Notes: a model not told the origin generated them from the letters alone. 64,000 nucleotides of DNA from an uncultured Acidimicrobiia bacterium (GCA_963786955.1 CAWBAT010000005.1:1376001-1440000); one strand, 5' to 3'; positions 50,619-63,041 are shown, numbered from the stretch's first letter. A program made the numbers and translations.

Positions 50619-51721
50619 ATGATTCGAGCGTTGAAAAGTTCGCCTCTCCTTTCACAAAGCCTCCGGGCCATGCGCCTGGAGATGGGCATGAAGAAATTCG
50701 TAACCCTTCCCAGTGGAGATGAACGGGTCTGAATCACTTGCGCTGACGATCGCCCCAATGACGTATTGATGCGGGAAATCGAGGACCTGGAAAAATTCCT
50801 TGCTCAACACCGTCCTGAATGGTCAGTCGTCCGCTGGATTAATGTCGCTGGTTTGTCGGACATGACAGTCGTTCACGCTTTGGCTACCAAGTATGAATTT
50901 CACCCCCTGGCCATCGAGGATCTTCTCCAGGTGACACAACGGCCGAAAGTCGAGCGATATGGGGGTGATGACAGTGAGATGCGGGCTCGATCGTTCGTCA
51001 TCGTCCGGATGGTGCAAATCAAGGAAGAGCGCCTGCACAGCGAACATATCTCACTGTTCCTCGGCCACAAGACCGTCTTGATGTTCCAGGAAAGGCAAGG
51101 AGATGTTTGGGATGCGATTCGACAGCGCCTGAACGTCAAGGGTTCCTGCCTGCGGAAGAATGACGCCAGATTCCTGATGTATTCACTGACTGGACGCTAT
51201 TGTCGACCACTGCTTCTCGATTCTGGAAGACGATGGCGAACGCTTGGAGGAGCTCGAAAACCTCGTACTTGACCGATCGCTGCGCAATCTTATCGAAGAA
51301 ATTCATCGTATGAAGCGCGAGCTGCTGCGGCTGCGCCGGGGGGCATGGCCCATGCGGGAAGTGGTCTCGACGCTGCAACGCGAGCCGCATGAGTGCATGA
51401 GCAGCGACACTCACGTTTATCTGCGCGATCTTTACGATCATGTCGCGCAGATCATCGACATCATCGAAACTTATCGCGAAATGGGCACCGGATGGACCGA
51501 GAACCTACATGCCTGCTGCCTCCAATCGCATGAACGAGGTCATCAAGGCGTCGACGATCATGGGCACCATCTTCATTCCTCTCACCTTCCTGGCTGGGAT
51601 TTACGGTATGAATTTCGCTGACATTCCCGAACTCAAATGGCACTGGGGCTATCCAGCCTTCTGGGCCGTCTGCGTCACATTGTCTGGTGTGATGTTGGCG
51701 CTGTTCAAGCGTCGTGGATAG
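50619..51721 (+). pseudogene. corA: Magnesium/cobalt transporter CorA, disrupted
   Basis: WINVAGL, HPLAIED, QRPKVE, YLRDLYDH, MNEVIK and GIYGMNF over several frames; in-frame TGA near 50730. Confidence 0.88.
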
Positions 51722-51867
51722 CTTTGATCCTAAAGATTTCAAGATTTCATCAGCACCTCGACTGAGTTATGATTTCCGCGTTCTCCCTTCCTGTGATTAG
51801 ATAGAGTACCGTAACGCGAGCAGAATGACAGGACCCCATGACTCGATCCTTACAAGCTTCTGATACT

Positions 51868-54697
51868 ATGAATCTTAAGATAAAACACTTTGTCCTCTAC
51901 TCTGTTTACCTCACTTTATTTTTTGCCCCTTCGGCAAATTCGCAAGACTCAGGGTATCCGGTGCAGTTACCTACAGGGAAGGTTCTCGTTGGGGCCCCCG
52001 CCGGCGTCTTTATTTCGGATCTTAACGCATTTCCAATCAACTCGACGAGTAGCCTGGACGGACGGTACGTGGCTTTCTTAAATAACGGCTATGGCCATGC
52101 GGCCTCAGGTTTTCACAAATCCGTAGCCATATATGATCGAGTAACTGGCCACGTTGCTGACTTCACAGACCCAGGTACCGGCCTTCTTTTCGATGGTCCT
52201 GCGGACATCACGACTCCCTTCTACGGAATTGCCTTTAGCTCAACTGGACAAAGGCTGTATGTGTCGGTCGCCTCGACCAAGGACGACGAGACGTTGGGGA
52301 ACCGTACCCAGAATGGTATCCGAATTTACAACGTTCGAGAGCGGGCACTCGACCCAGCGGGCGTGATTCAAATCACTCCCTCAGATGTGCCTCTGCCCAC
52401 AGGTCTCAAGCTTAACAATCCAGCTCCTACTCCATCCGGCATTTGTGTCCGGCCGGATCCTGAAAATCCAGGCGAGGACTTGGTTTATGCTGCCTTGACT
52501 TTAAGTGATGTGGCGGTTGAATTGAGCACCAAAACGGGAAGGGTGAGGCGCCGCTTCAATCTGCACACCCGTTCCGATCGTCCTGCTCTGCCGTCGGAAT
52601 ATCCTTACGCAACCGCAGTGACTCAGGACGGCAAGACTCTTTATGTGATCTCTATAATGGATCTGCAATAGCGGTAGTGGACCTGATCACAGGGCAGGTG
52701 ATTTCCTTGCCCGTCGGAATTCAGCAAATAGGGCCCTCCTCGCCCAGCAGCCACCCCAGCCACTTGGCATTGCACCCATCTGGCAGAGCCGTCTATGTCG
52801 CCGTGGAAAACAGCGACCTGGTCTGCATCATCGACAACAACCCAGCTTCTCCTACTTACCGCACGGTGACCGGGAACCTGGATATCCGGCCTCAAGAAAT
52901 GCGTCGATTGAAACTGCTAGGAGCGGGGCCTAACCACTTGAGCTTTACTCCGGATGGCAAAACGCTCTTTGTGTCATTGGGATTGCTCAATGCAATCGCT
53001 GTGGTTGACTTGAAATGGGACAGCCCTTCCGTTTTTGACCCCGTGGTGAAAGGCTATCTGCCGACGCTTTGGTATCCCCACACCACGGAAGTGAGCCGCG
53101 ACGGAAAAACGCTTTACATGACTAGTGGTAAAGGCAAAGGGACGGGACCCAATCGGCCGAATCGTCCTTACCCAGCAGGTCAGCGACCCGGCGCCTACGG
53201 GCCAACTTTGCTGAAGGGATCGCTGACCAGATTAGCCTCACCGAAATCCAAAACAACCTCGACGCTTTCAGTCAATCCGTGAAAAGCAACAATCAAATTG
53301 ATGAGGCGTCTCTCAGAGCAGCTCAAAAGGCCATTGATTTTAATCCAATCCGGCATGTGATCTACGTCATTAAGGAAAACCGGACTTATGACCAGGTCTT
53401 TGGCGATCTGAAAGGCACAATTTCCGACGAGACTTGCTTGTATTTTGGAGAATCGTTTACTCCCAATCATCACAAACTGGCGCGCGAATTCGGTATCCTG
53501 GATAATTTTTTTGATAGCGCCGAAGTCAGCTTCAACGGTCACACCTGGACGACAGCAGGAATTAACAGCGGCTGGAATGAACAACAGTGGCAAATTAACT
53601 ATTCGACCAAGAACTTCACCTATGACTCGGAGGGCCGAAACAATGACTCTCTGCCGATCCTGCATAACCAGGCTGACGTGGACTCGCCCCAGGGAGGTTA
53701 TATCTGGGACACGGTGACCGCAGCCCGAAAAACCATCGGCATTTACGGGGAGTATTGCGAAAACCCGCCGCAACCCTTGAAATGGCTCGAAAAAGGCGAT
53801 CCACTCCCCTCATACCTGGTCCACCCAGGAATAGGAAAGGATAGCCCGTTTCCCTGGCGTGTGCCACTGTTTGCCGAGCTCGATCCCAACGGAATCGTGA
53901 AGGGTGGCACTGTTCCGACCAAGGGGGTGTTTCAGGGTTCTTTTCAACCTCTCTATCCCGATTTTGACCTCCTCTTTCCTGACATACTGCGCTTCATGAT
54001 TTGGAAGCGAGACTTTGACCGGATCGCAAAAAGACAAAAGCAGACGGGTGAAGACGCGCTCCCAGCCTTCAGCATTGTTCGTCTTGGCAACGACCATACT
54101 CGCGGAGTTGCTCCCGGGGGACCCACTCCCGATGCCAGCGTGGCAGATAACGACCTGGCATTGGGCTGGCTCGCAGAAACCATTTCCGGTAATCCCTATT
54201 ACTGGAGCAACACTGCTATTGTGGCTTTGGAAGACGATGCCCAATCCGGATGCGACCACGTCGATTCCCACCGGAGCATCGCTCTGTTTATCAGCAAATA
54301 CAACAAAGGTTCTCGGCAAACCCAAAGTGTGGATTCCCGCTTTTTAACGACCGCGAGCGCCGTGCGCACAATTGAGGCGTTACTCGGGCTTTCCTCCAGC
54401 AACGTAATGACTGCTACCTCTCCGTTGCTTTTCTCAGAACTGCAGAAAGACCCCTCTCTCTGGCACGGACCGTACAAGGCAGATGTTACTAACCTTGAAA
54501 ATGGTCTCATTTTTCAGGAAGCCACTGGCAAGATTCGCCAAAATCCCGGTTTGCAGGAGTTGGCAGCTTTGACGGCTTCACTCGACATGGAGGAGGCCGA
54601 TCAGGCCGACGCTGAAAAGCTGAACTATATCCTGGAACAATGGGTACGTTTACAGGGCCGCCTGAGCTGCTGCGGCCCTGGAATTCAGCCAAAGTGA
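51868..54697 (+). CDS. Secreted YncE-like beta-propeller / phosphoesterase (alkaline phosphatase superfamily) fusion; frameshifts near 52648 and 53225
   Basis: Signal peptide and propeller repeats; HVIYVIKENRTYDQVFGDL, TPNHHKLA, NDHT, VADNDLALG, EDDAQ.G.DHVDSHRS. Confidence 0.85.
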
Positions 54698-55652
54698 TGA
54701 CTTCCAACAGAAGGTGACGATTGGGCAGGAATCGGACACCGAGAGATCCGAAATGAACCGAGTCATCGGCGAAAGCACTCTGCGAATCACTGCGATGAGT
54801 GGCGATTCTCCGCTTCCACCTGCGCGATGCTTTTTTCCGAGAAGATCCCCGATATCGTCAACCTTCTCATCGAGCAGATTCAACTTGTGTGCCATGCCTT
54901 GAATCTCAGACTCCGCGCGGCGGTTGACTTCGAAATCCAGCTCGCTGCGCAGACGATCCTTGGTGTCCTGACGGTTCTGGCTCATCATGATGATTGGCGC
55001 CTGGATGGGCGAGCATCGAGAGAAAAAGGTTGAGCAGGATAAAAGGATACGGATCCCAGGCCGACTGGCGCAAGATCACATTGATCCCCGAGTAGACGAT
55101 CAGGACAATGCCAAACAAGATAATGAAGGTCCAGGATCCTCCAAATCGGGCAACCGAGTCGGCGATGTGTTCACCGGTTGTCGCGTGCTCCTCGATGACC
55201 TCGTTGGGGTTGCGCATCGAGCGCACGCGCACGAGTTGCTGGGAGGCATGGAATTGGCGGCCAAGCACAGTCATCATATCGATCCCCGCGTGCGGTTTAC
55301 TCTGCAGCAAGGCGGTGATGTCATGCCTGTCCACTTCAATGCAGACGGTTTCTTCGAGCGCAATCGCATTGGTCTGATGAGGTGTCTGATCGAGCATTGA
55401 AGCAAATCCGAAGAACTCTCCATGCGCGGGCTCATCAACGATTACCTCCTGGTGATCTTCGTCTACCGTGGTCACCCGAACTCTCCCGGATACCATCACA
55501 TAGGCTGGTCCTGGCAAGTCGCCGATCTTGTAGATGCGCTCACGCAAGGTGAAACGTTTGAGCTCGACTTGTCCGGCCAAAACAGCCATTTCTTCATCGT
55601 CCAGCAGGGCAAAGAGTGGGACATGTTTGAGTACTTCTGGGTCGCATACCAT
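54650..55652 (-). CDS. cNMP-binding / DUF1003 membrane protein (frameshift near 55008)
   Basis: VPLFALL..GEFFG (cNMP); ADSVARFGGSW, DPYPFILLNLFLS, MMSQNRQ (DUF1003). The true stop is uncertain. Confidence 0.85.
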
Positions 55653-55722
55653 TGGTCAATTCCTCCTTTGACGTGGGTCGTCTCCGACCTGTTCTGGGCA
55701 TTGTATGAATAAGGGAACGGTA

Positions 55723-56572
55723 TCAATGGAACTCTGACCGCCGAAAAACAGCAGGGAAATCGACAGAGAATCCAATCTGGGCCCCGATCCGAGGGCTGGC
55801 AATAAACCTCCCGCCGAGCAAACCGAAATCAAGAGTCAGCCCTTTCCGGACTGCATACATACCGCCGACGAGTATCTGGAATTGACTCCTGCTCAGTCCA
55901 GGGTTGTTCGTGAATCCGCCGTAGAGTTCGGCGCCCAGGGTCCACTTGGAGTTGAAGTCGCGTAGAAGTGAAAGGCCTCCGGCGTAGACCATACCGCGCA
56001 CGGAGTGAATTCCCGGTCACCGGTGCTGGTATCGCCGGCAAACACAATGCCTGCGTTCACAGTGAGCCTGTTTTTTCCAGAAAGGTGCTTTTGTGCGATG
56101 AAATTGAACCAGTAGTCTATCTCCCCGGAGCCCAACTGCTGGTACTTATCTCCAGTTGGAAACTCAACGTAAAAGGTCACGCCCATTGCCGGAACACGGG
56201 AAGCATCGGACTCCTTTCTGAAGTTCCACTTCATTCCGAGGTTGGTATCGCCGATCCCAGCGGAAGTCTGGGGCAACCTTCCCAGAGCGCGAAAGATCGA
56301 AAGATACGGATAGTCTACGTCTATTTCCAAATTGTAAGGCAGGCCATAGTTCAGTTTAAAGTTTGTGGTGTCTGCCTGAGACTCGGGTATTGACCATGGT
56401 GGAGAGCGTCAAATTCATTGAAGAATTCAAAGTGATACGTTCCTCGTTCGGTGACCGCGGGGTCGTCCGTGTAGAAAGGCAGTTGAGCCGGCAGAGGCGC
56501 GGCGAAGAGAGCAAAGTGCAAGATAGGCAAAATGAAGCATGGTCGCAGCAATTGATTTCTTAGAAGTTTCAC
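55723..56572 (-). CDS. Putative outer-membrane beta-barrel/transporter family protein (2 frameshifts)
   Basis: Signal peptide; PFYTDD, GIGDTNLGMKW, EFPTGD..LGSG; alternating beta strands ending GFSVDF. Confidence 0.65.
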
Positions 56573-56649
56573 ATTTGAAAGAAGTGTTTGGGCGACACCC
56601 TGCTCGAGGTCATTCTGCGGGTGTAGGTTGGCTGAGGGCGCTCCTATTT

Positions 56650-56997
56650 CTACTGGAAGGTGTTAACGTGATTCCTTGTTCCTCTATCGTGAGATCGACC
56701 ACGGTAGAGCAACAAATTTGAAATCGTCGCGATGGCTGCACCGGTAACAAACACCCATGTAATCGGTCGCAAGCCGATTTTGAAAAGGGCCGTGATGGTA
56801 CCAACAGAAAATGATATCTGGAGCAGGCCCAGAAACAGTCGCAGCCAGCCCCAAATCAGCAAATGGCTGGCCTCCTCCGTGAGCCCGAGGATCTTTCCCG
56901 CATCACCTCTCCGGATTGCTCCTTCGTCCTTTTCATTGAATTCTTGACTCACTGATGAGTTTCCCAGAAAAGTTCCCACATGTTTCCGATCAGACAA
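56650..56997 (-). CDS. Hypothetical small membrane protein
   Basis: Two hydrophobic helices; start uncertain. Confidence 0.45.
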   Translation of the reverse strand: MSDRKHVGTFLGNSSVSQEFNEKDEGAIRRGDAGKILGLTEEASHLLIWGWLRLFLGLLQISFSVGTITALFKIGLRPITWVFVTGAAIATISNLLLYRGRSHDRGTRNHVNTFQ

Positions 56998-57110
56998 TGG
57001 AGATCATGAGCAGAGCGTCCCAACTCTTGCCTCTGGCTGTGGTTGTACTTCGAGCTACTGCAGAGGAGAAAGTTTGACCACTGCAAGAGAAACCTTCTTC
57101 ACACTCACGG

Positions 57111-58217
57111 CTATTCTGCTGGCGTGATGGTGCTGAGGGCTGCCAACGCCTTCGTAGTAACATTTGGCGGTAAAGGAACGTAATTGAGTTTGGGAGCCTC
57201 GTTTTGGCCGTCCACTAAGCACCACCGGAACAGCTCCCGGATCGTCTTTGCTTTTTCGGCGTCGTCATAATTCTTATGGGAGAGGATCCAAGTCAAAGTG
57301 ACGATCGGATAGGAATCATGACCCGCTGGATCTGGGATGAACAGACGCAGATTTTCAGGCAGTTCTGTCTCCGCGAGCGCGGCCGTGCAGCTCTGTTCGG
57401 TCGGCTTGACGAAGTTTCCCTGCTTATTCTCCAGGAGTGCCATTTGTAGACCAAGCTTGCCAGCGAACTCATAACCAACATAGCCGATTGAGCCAATCGA
57501 GTGCTGGATAAGGCCGCGACGCCCTCATTGCCGGAGGCTCGCATCACCAAGCCAGGCCAGTTCACCAGAGTTGCCGGGCCGTGCTGGTCACGCGATTTTT
57601 CGCTGATTGCATCGAGGTGCTTCGTGAACGCATAGGTCGTGCCGCTTTTGTCCTGTCGCACCACGGCAACAATGGTGAGTTTAGGAAGCTTTATGTTTGG
57701 GTTTGTCTTAGCGATCAACGGGTCGTTCCAATCTTTGATCTCCCCGAGAAAGATTCCGGCATAGGCCTTACGCGAGAGCTTCAGCTCTCCCCAAGTCAGG
57801 GAGGTTATAAGCGAGTACTACACTGCCGGCGGTTACAGGTAGCAAGAGTGCTCCCCCAGGAACCTGAGAGATCATCTCGTCACTCATGGCCGCATCGCTT
57901 GCCCCAAAGTCTACTTTATCTTCATCTTTAACACTCTTTCCAATAAACCGCCGTACGCCTTCTCCACTGCCGACGCTGTCGTAGCTGATGACCGTTTTGG
58001 GGTGATTGCTCTGGTAGGTCGCAAACCAGTGTTTGTAGAGCAAGGAAGGAAAAGTCGCTCCCGCTCCCTTCACCAGAACACTACCTGCTGGTGCCGTGGA
58101 GTCGGCCTTTCCTTGATCCAGCCCTGAACAGGAACTTAGCGTCCACAAAAGAGCAGCCGTCACTAGCAAAGGCACTGCACGTGTCAAAACCAAGGGGTTC
58201 TCTCTAACTGAATGCAT
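57111..58217 (-). CDS. pstS: Phosphate ABC transporter binding protein, second copy (frameshifts near 57790 and 57510)
   Basis: Lipobox LSSC; GAGATFP, SVGSGEG, DFGASD, RQDKSGTT, YPIVT. Confidence 0.9.
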
Positions 58218-58357
58218 CGTACTTCCCTCTTTTCAATGAGTATGGCTGCCGCCCCCACCTCTACATTCAATGACAGCGGCTGTCAGCGAGTTAATCCAGG
58301 GCATAACGCTAAGCCGAACATTAGAGCGTAGTGGACTTGCATTTGAAGCGGTCTCTT

Positions 58358-59201
58358 CTAACTGAATTCTCCGCTGATGTAATCCTTAGTGTGCTTTTCC
58401 TTGGGATTCTGAAAGACTTGCTTAGAATCGCCGAACTCTACAAGTAGCCGGTGCGCCCACCCTCGGCAGTGTCTACGTACAGGAAACCGGTTTTGTCGGC
58501 CACGCGCTGTGCCTGCTGCAGGTTGTGGGTTACGATCGCGATGGTGTAACGTTTTTTAAGTTCGAGCATTAGCTCCTCGATCTTGCGGGTAGCGATAGGA
58601 TCCAGTGCAGAACAGGGCTCGTCCATAAGCAAAACTTCGGGGTCTGTGGCGATGGCCCTAGCGATGCAGAGGCGCTGTTGCTGCCCACCGGAGAGCGAGA
58701 GCCCGCTCTTGTGGAGTTTGTCTTTTACTTCATCCCAGAGTGCAGCGCGCTTCAATGCCTCTTCGACTTTCTTCGGGATGTCTCCTTTATAGCGGTTCAA
58801 ACGAAGCCAAAGGCGACATTATTGTAGATACTGGTGGCGAAGGGGTTAGGCTGTTGGAAGACCATGCCGATAAAACGCCGAACGGCGACAGCATCTACGG
58901 AAGTATGATAGATATCTTTACCCCGGAAGCGCACATGGCCTTTGAATCGAAAGCCGCGCACAAGGTCGTTCATCCGGTTCAGGCAACGGAGCACCGTGCT
59001 CTTGCCACACCCGGAGGGTCCGATGAAAGCCGTAATGGAGTTCTTCTTGATGGGAATGGTCGTGTCACGAACGGCTTTAAAAGTCCCGTAGTGAAGTTCT
59101 TTGATGTGACAGTCAATAACAGTATCCCCGGGATCTGGCGCTGTCAGAATTTTACTCGTGCCGGTCCTGTCTTTACCCATATTCGTTGCACTGGTCATCA
59201 T
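58358..59201 (-). CDS. pstB: Phosphate ABC transporter ATPase (frameshifts near 58800 and 58440)
   Basis: [56 protein letters not shown]. Confidence 0.93.
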
Positions 59202-59211
59202 ATCAACACTC

Positions 59212-60164
59212 CTATTCACGGATCTGTTTGCGGGACAGACTCTGCCCCGCAAGATTAGTCACTAACACCAGCAACACCAGAACCAACGCCGCTGCCCAAG
59301 CGAGTTCAACTTGATTCTCAAAAGGCATACCTGCAAAGTTGTAGATCAGCACAGCCAGAGAGGCCGTCGGCTGCATGAGGTTTACGTGGCCACGCGAAGC
59401 GATCCAGTAATTGCTGAAAAGCGCGGTGAAGAGCAAAAGGGCCGTTTCCCAGCCGCGCGGGCCACGGCTAGCATGACGCCAGTCAAAATCCCCGGAAGCG
59501 CCGTCGGAAGCAAAACCATCCAGACCGCCTGAGTATTGGTCGCTCCCATGCCGATTGCTGCCTCCCGCATTCTCGCCTGCACCATGCGGATGGCGTCTTC
59601 TGCCGTCAGGATAATTGTCGGCAGCATCAGAATGGACAAAGCGGCCCCTCCTGCAAATGCCGAGAAACCACCTGTGAGAAGAACCAGGACGCCATATGCA
59701 AAGACCCCGGCCAGGATCGACGGGAAACCCGTCATGACTTTGGCGGCAAACCGGACCGAGTAGCCAAACGGCTCTCTTTCTCGGCCTGCGCCAGAAATAT
59801 GGCGCTGAAGATGCCAATCGGCACCTATTATGGTTGCGAGGGCAACCATAATCAGTGTGCCGACGATGGCGTTCCCGAACCCGCCCCCAAGCTCTAGCGG
59901 TGCTGGCGGCAGCTGTGTAAAGAGGGAGAGGCTCAGTTTCCGTCCGCCTCGCCATAAGAGCATCCCAACTACCGAGAATAGCGGGATCAAAGCAAGGAGG
60001 GTCATCCCAGCGACTAGCCAAGTCATCATGAAACTGAACAGGGTTCGGGGACGCCGCAGAGACCTCTCCAGCTCTGGGAAATCTACATCGGTGAGCGGCC
60101 CATAATCCGGCTCAGTAGGCTGCGTCATGAGCAGTTGCTCTGTGGTGACATCGTGCCGGGCCAT
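59212..60164 (-). CDS. pstA: Phosphate ABC transporter permease PstA (frameshifted)
   Basis: GGFGNAIVGT, GFPSILAG, REAAIGMGA, AVARAAG/ETA, AWAAALVL. Confidence 0.9.
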
Positions 60165-61178
60165 TATTTGCCTCCCTCCAGGCTTGCTGATGCTCGCTGA
60201 AGAATGACCGCCCCAAACACGTTGGTTAATAGCGTAATCGCCAGAAGAACTAATGCGGCATACATCAGGACGCTGACTTCTTTCGCAGGGGCTTCGGGGA
60301 AATTATTGGCCAACAAGGCTGCAAGCGTATTTGCAGGGGAGAATAACGAAACCTTGATCTGATTGGCATTTCCCACCAACATGGCAAGAGCCATGGTCTC
60401 TCCCAAAGCCCGACCGAAAGCTAGGACTACCGCCCCAAAAATTCCCCTCAATGCCGTCGGTAAGATCACAGCCAAAATGGTCTCCCATTGTGTGGCGCCC
60501 AGGCCATAAGCTGCCATCCGAAGCTTTGAGGGTACCGACACAAGGGCATCACGGCTGATGGCAGTGATGGTGGAAAATCAGACTAGACAAAACCAAAGCT
60601 GCCGGGAGCATCCCTGGACCGCTTAATGTTGTCCCAAAAAACGGAATCCAGCCCAGTTTCAGATGAAGCCAATTGCAGGCTGGACGAACAAGCGGGATCA
60701 CCACGAACAGACCCCACAACCCGTAGACGACGCTCGGGATTGCAGCCAGCAACTCGATCAGGTTTTTCAGCAACTGCTCCAGACGATCCGGAAGCGTTCC
60801 CCACACCGGATGGAAATGGACGCGAAAAACCCTTAAAATCCGAAATACAAACGAGGCCAGGTAGCCTTCGCTTAGAAATATTGCAGCCGTCAGTCGAAAC
60901 CGGTGCCAATGAAAAGGCCAACACCGAGCTATGCGGGGTCCCCCAGATTTCGGTAGGATTCCGAATCTGCCCTGCTTAGGATCCCAAGTGGTTCCGGTTA
61001 GAAATCCCAGTCCCTCCTGCCGCAACGCGGGCAGCGCAGCCGTGGCGATCCTCAAGACGATGAACGTAATCAAGAGAACAAACAGCCACGCAAGTCCGTA
61101 GCACAGCCTGCGAAATACGGTATCCGTTACACTTTGAGATTGAGTCGGAGGTTGGCAAATCTGGTCATGTTCCGGCAA
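60164..61178 (-). CDS. pstC: Phosphate ABC transporter permease PstC (frameshifted)
   Basis: WDP...FG, IELLAAIPSVVYGLWG, AAYGLGAT.WE, FGRALGETMA. Confidence 0.9.
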
Positions 61179-61265
61179 AGCGACACCTCCTTCACCTGTT
61201 TTTTTACGAGGCTCCTACCCTGGTTTTCCTCGATAATGTCCGGCCGTCCCATCTTTTTTCCGGAG

Positions 61266-62321
61266 CTAACTTGCATTCGGCGCCAACTTAATGGATCGCA
61301 CGGCAGCACTGACCTTTTCAACTACGGCTGGTGGCAAAGGGAGGTAGCCGAGAGACTCTGACTCCTTCTGACCATCGGTAAGACAGTACTGAAGGACATC
61401 TTGAAGAATTTCGAACTTCTTTTTATCTTGGTACTGCTTGTAGCAAAGCAGCCAGGTATAAGTGACGATAGGGTACGCGTCCTTGGCCTCAGGGTCGGAA
61501 GCCCAAACAATTAGATCTTCAGGCATCGGTGCGGAGGCAAGGGCCGCTTGACCAGACTCTGGCGTTGCCGAAACGTAGTTTCCCGATTTGTTCTCTAGAA
61601 TAGCCATAGGCACATTCTGGCTCTTGGCATATCCGTATTCGATGTACCCGATCGAGTTCGGAGTCGTCTTGATACTGGCGGTCACACCTTCATTACCCTT
61701 AGAGCGTGTCCCCACCGCCCAATTGGGCATCTTGTTTGTGCCCGGGTTCTTTGCAAATTCGTCACTGATGGTGCTGAGATGCTTGCTGAAGACGTAAGTC
61801 GTTCCACTGCTATCGGCTCGCACGACTACGTTAATAGGCTCGTCGGGAAGCTTAGCCCCGGGGTTCGCCTGAGCGATGAGAGGATCATTCCATTTCTTAA
61901 CTTTGCCCAAGAAGATTCCTGCGTAGGCCTTCCGCGACAATTTCAAATCAGTGACCCCTTCGACAGTATAAACCAGCACGATGCTGCCGGCGGTCATGGG
62001 CAGGCACTGTACTCCCACATCAACTTTGGCAATCTCTTCGGGTGACATGGCTGCGTCGCTGGCGCCGAAGTCGACGGTCTTGTCAATGACACCCTTAACG
62101 CCGGCACCGCTGCCGACCGACTGGTAGTCGATCTGTACATTCTCATGCTTGCTACCATAGGACTTAAACCACTTCGAATAAAGCGGTGCCGGGAAGCTCG
62201 CCCCCGCCCCTTGCAGCTTGACGAGATCCGCAACTCCCTTTTCCTTGCTATCGCCACATGCGATGCCGAGGGCAGCAATCATTACCAGCAATGCAAGCCA
62301 ACAAGCCTGATTCTTCTTCAT
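61266..62321 (-). CDS. pstS: Phosphate ABC transporter binding lipoprotein
   Basis: Lipobox GIAC; GAGASFPAPLY, YQSVGSGAG, DFGASD, RADSSGTT, GNEGV; intact. Confidence 0.96.
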   Translation of the reverse strand: MKKNQACWLALLVMIAALGIACGDSKEKGVADLVKLQGAGASFPAPLYSKWFKSYGSKHENVQIDYQSVGSGAGVKGVIDKTVDFGASDAAMSPEEIAKVDVGVQCLPMTAGSIVLVYTVEGVTDLKLSRKAYAGIFLGKVKKWNDPLIAQANPGAKLPDEPINVVVRADSSGTTYVFSKHLSTISDEFAKNPGTNKMPNWAVGTRSKGNEGVTASIKTTPNSIGYIEYGYAKSQNVPMAILENKSGNYVSATPESGQAALASAPMPEDLIVWASDPEAKDAYPIVTYTWLLCYKQYQDKKKFEILQDVLQYCLTDGQKESESLGYLPLPPAVVEKVSAAVRSIKLAPNAS

Positions 62322-62618
62322 ACCAAGTCTCCTTTCACTCAAATCCTTTAATGAATGTTCGCCAGCCAAGCGGATGACTCTTGATCGAACGGCGCTGGAA
62401 AAGGGTTCATCTCATACCCCTGAATTGAATTTCAGGGGATGATCAGACTCGTGGAGGAATTGCCCTTTTCGTCGCCATCATCACCGTTGAGAAAATTCTC
62501 CTTCGCCTAAACTCGACCTTCGATCATCTGGTTGTTGAGATACGACAGATTGTCTGAGGTTGCGTCCCCTTTTCAGGGCACGGATTGCCTTTCGGAAAGC
62601 CTACAATGCCATAAGGCT

Positions 62619-62646
62619 ATGAAATTAATATTAACTCTGCGTGAAA
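62619..62646 (-). promoter_or_regulatory. PHO-box-like 11-bp phased repeats
   Basis: Minus strand TTTCAC-n5-GTTAAT-n5-TTTCAT upstream of pstS. Confidence 0.55.
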
Positions 62647-62693
62647 TCTTTTGTCCGAGGTGAGATGCAATGCAAAACGGAGATTCGAGGATG

Positions 62694-63041
62694 CTACTGT
62701 GCTTCCAGCAGTGCCTTTTTTGCGTCTTCAAAGTTATAGTAGATTGGGATAACGGCAACGATCCCAGTCTTTGTGAGCACCAGCGCCACATTGGGTTGGG
62801 GATTGAGAAACACCATTTTCCCGTTGCGGAGCTTTAAGAATTTTGCAGTGTTGACCAACGTACCAATCCCAATTGAAGCCATATAATCCACCTGGGAAAG
62901 ATCCACCACCACAAACGACTTTTCTACCGCAGACGCCAATGCCAACTTCATTTCAACATGTGAAGTCCCCTCAATATCCATTCGCCCAGAAAGATCAATC
63001 TTTTTGATACCATCATCGAGCATCTCTACTGCCATTTTCAT
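62694..63041 (-). CDS. STAS-domain anti-sigma factor antagonist
   Basis: LSGRMD, VDLSQVDYMASIGIG; GGGAGAG RBS. Confidence 0.92.
   Translation of the reverse strand: MKMAVEMLDDGIKKIDLSGRMDIEGTSHVEMKLALASAVEKSFVVVDLSQVDYMASIGIGTLVNTAKFLKLRNGKMVFLNPQPNVALVLTKTGIVAVIPIYYNFEDAKKALLEAQ

Noticed and set aside
40740-61000. Programmed frameshifting or phase variation
   Set aside because: Too many unrelated genes are affected, and there are no long slippery tracts.
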